The notes under the pieces were generated by a model, which saw only the letters and a list, made by a program, of their open reading frames with translations, was not told the origin of the DNA and did no database searches. 64,000 nt of DNA from an uncultured virus (IMG/VR IMGVR_UViG_3300020325_000007) (lineage: Duplodnaviria > Heunggongvirae > Uroviricota > Caudoviricetes): the IMG/VR virus record IMGVR_UViG_3300020325_000007. One strand, given 5' to 3'. Every line of letters starts with the position of its first letter. Position 1 is the first letter of the stretch. A program made the translations under genes and the position numbers. Below are positions 62,999 to 64,000 of this stretch, in pieces.

Positions 62999-64000
62999 CA
63001 GATATAAGGAACTCCTTAAACAAGTAAGTATAGAACATAACGAAGTAAAAGATGAATCTTTAAACGACAGAGTTTTGATACTCGATGGACTCAATCAGTT
63101 CATTAGATGTTTTGGAGCAGTTCCTGCACTCAATGATGACGGTGAACATTGTGGTGGTGTGACAGGTTTTCTCCTGTCCACTGCCTCAATAATCCGTACA
63201 TTAAAACCCACTCGTGTTGTCGTGGTATTTGACGGTAAGGGTGGTTCAAATAGAAGAAAACAATTACACAAGGGATATAAAGAAGGTAGAAAGGGTTTAA
63301 CCAAACTAAATAGATTAGCAGGATACGAAGACTTAGAAGACCAAGAAGTGTCGATGAGAAAACAATTTAGTAGACTGATTGAATATTTACAAATCCTACC
63401 TTTATCACTAACATATATAGATTATGTTGAAGCAGACGATATAATCGCATATCTTTCTAATCATTATTTCAAGAATGAAGTTACAATCTGTTCGTCAGAT
63501 AAGGATTTCTTACAATTAGTAAATGATAGAGTTTCTGTCTACGCACTTACTAAGAAAAAACTATATACTCCTGAAATGGTGAAAGAAGAATATGGAGTCA
63601 CTCCTCAAAATCTAATATTTTACAGATGTTTGATGGGTGATAAATCAGATAATATAGGTGGTGTAAATGGTGTTGGACTAAAAACTATTCAGAATAAAAT
63701 GACCTTTTTAGGTGAAAATGAACTTTCTTTAGACACATTCATTGAGAAATGTTCTTCAGAGTGTGATGATAAGTTGTCACAAAAACTTATTGAAAATGTT
63801 GATACTATAAAACTAAATCATAAGTTAATGCAACTACATGACCCTGAAATATCTTCTTCTATAAAATCAAACGTAAGAGAAATCATGGATTCCGAAGGAA
63901 ATAGATTGGATATGATAGAGTTTAAAAAAATGTTTATGTATGATAAGTTATATACAGCATTTGCAAATGTCGACTCTTGGTTACGAAACTCTTTTACTTC
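62991..64000 (+). CDS. 5'-3' exonuclease/flap endonuclease (T4 RNase H-like), 3'-truncated, absent from ORF track
   Basis: Own translation: VLILDGLN, VVVFDG, EADD, SSDKDFLQL, GDKSDNIGGVNGVG. Confidence 0.9.
   Translation, partial: MNNRYKELLKQVSIEHNEVKDESLNDRVLILDGLNQFIRCFGAVPALNDDGEHCGGVTGFLLSTASIIRTLKPTRVVVVFDGKGGSNRRKQLHKGYKEGRKGLTKLNRLAGYEDLEDQEVSMRKQFSRLIEYLQILPLSLTYIDYVEADDIIAYLSNHYFKNEVTICSSDKDFLQLVNDRVSVYALTKKKLYTPEMVKEEYGVTPQNLIFYRCLMGDKSDNIGGVNGVGLKTIQNKMTFLGENELSLDTFIEKCSSECDDKLSQKLIENVDTIKLNHKLMQLHDPEISSSIKSNVREIMDSEGNRLDMIEFKKMFMYDKLYTAFANVDSWLRNSFT

Overview
AT-rich, intact segment of a large T4-like (myovirus) bacteriophage genome. Every gene I can support is on the + strand and uses the standard code. 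Order: putative head-cargo polyproteins (one holds a CCA-adding enzyme plus an RNA-ligase-like domain), terminase, portal, prohead protease, ribosomal protein bS21, scaffold, major capsid, PhoH, fibre/adhesin proteins, two ~1000-residue collagen-like proteins each led by a Hint domain, a hydroxylase/glycosyltransferase cassette, neck, sheath, tube, tail chaperones, tape measure, baseplate, then replication genes (short PolA, SSB, UvsX/RecA, 5'-3' exonuclease). Bacteroidota-type promoters and bS21 beside the capsid genes suggest a Bacteroidota host (inference). Best candidate for an undescribed system: a phage collagen-maturation pathway at 29262-40068, with self-cleaving Hint pro-domains, X-Lys-Gly-rich collagens, a PLOD-like lysyl hydroxylase fused to a GT4, a GT2 and a second 2OG oxygenase. 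Other leads: protease-delimited head-cargo polyproteins, bS21 paired with Shine-Dalgarno use in virion genes, and GpC-conditional avoidance of short motifs. All calls come from reading motifs by eye; no searches were run.
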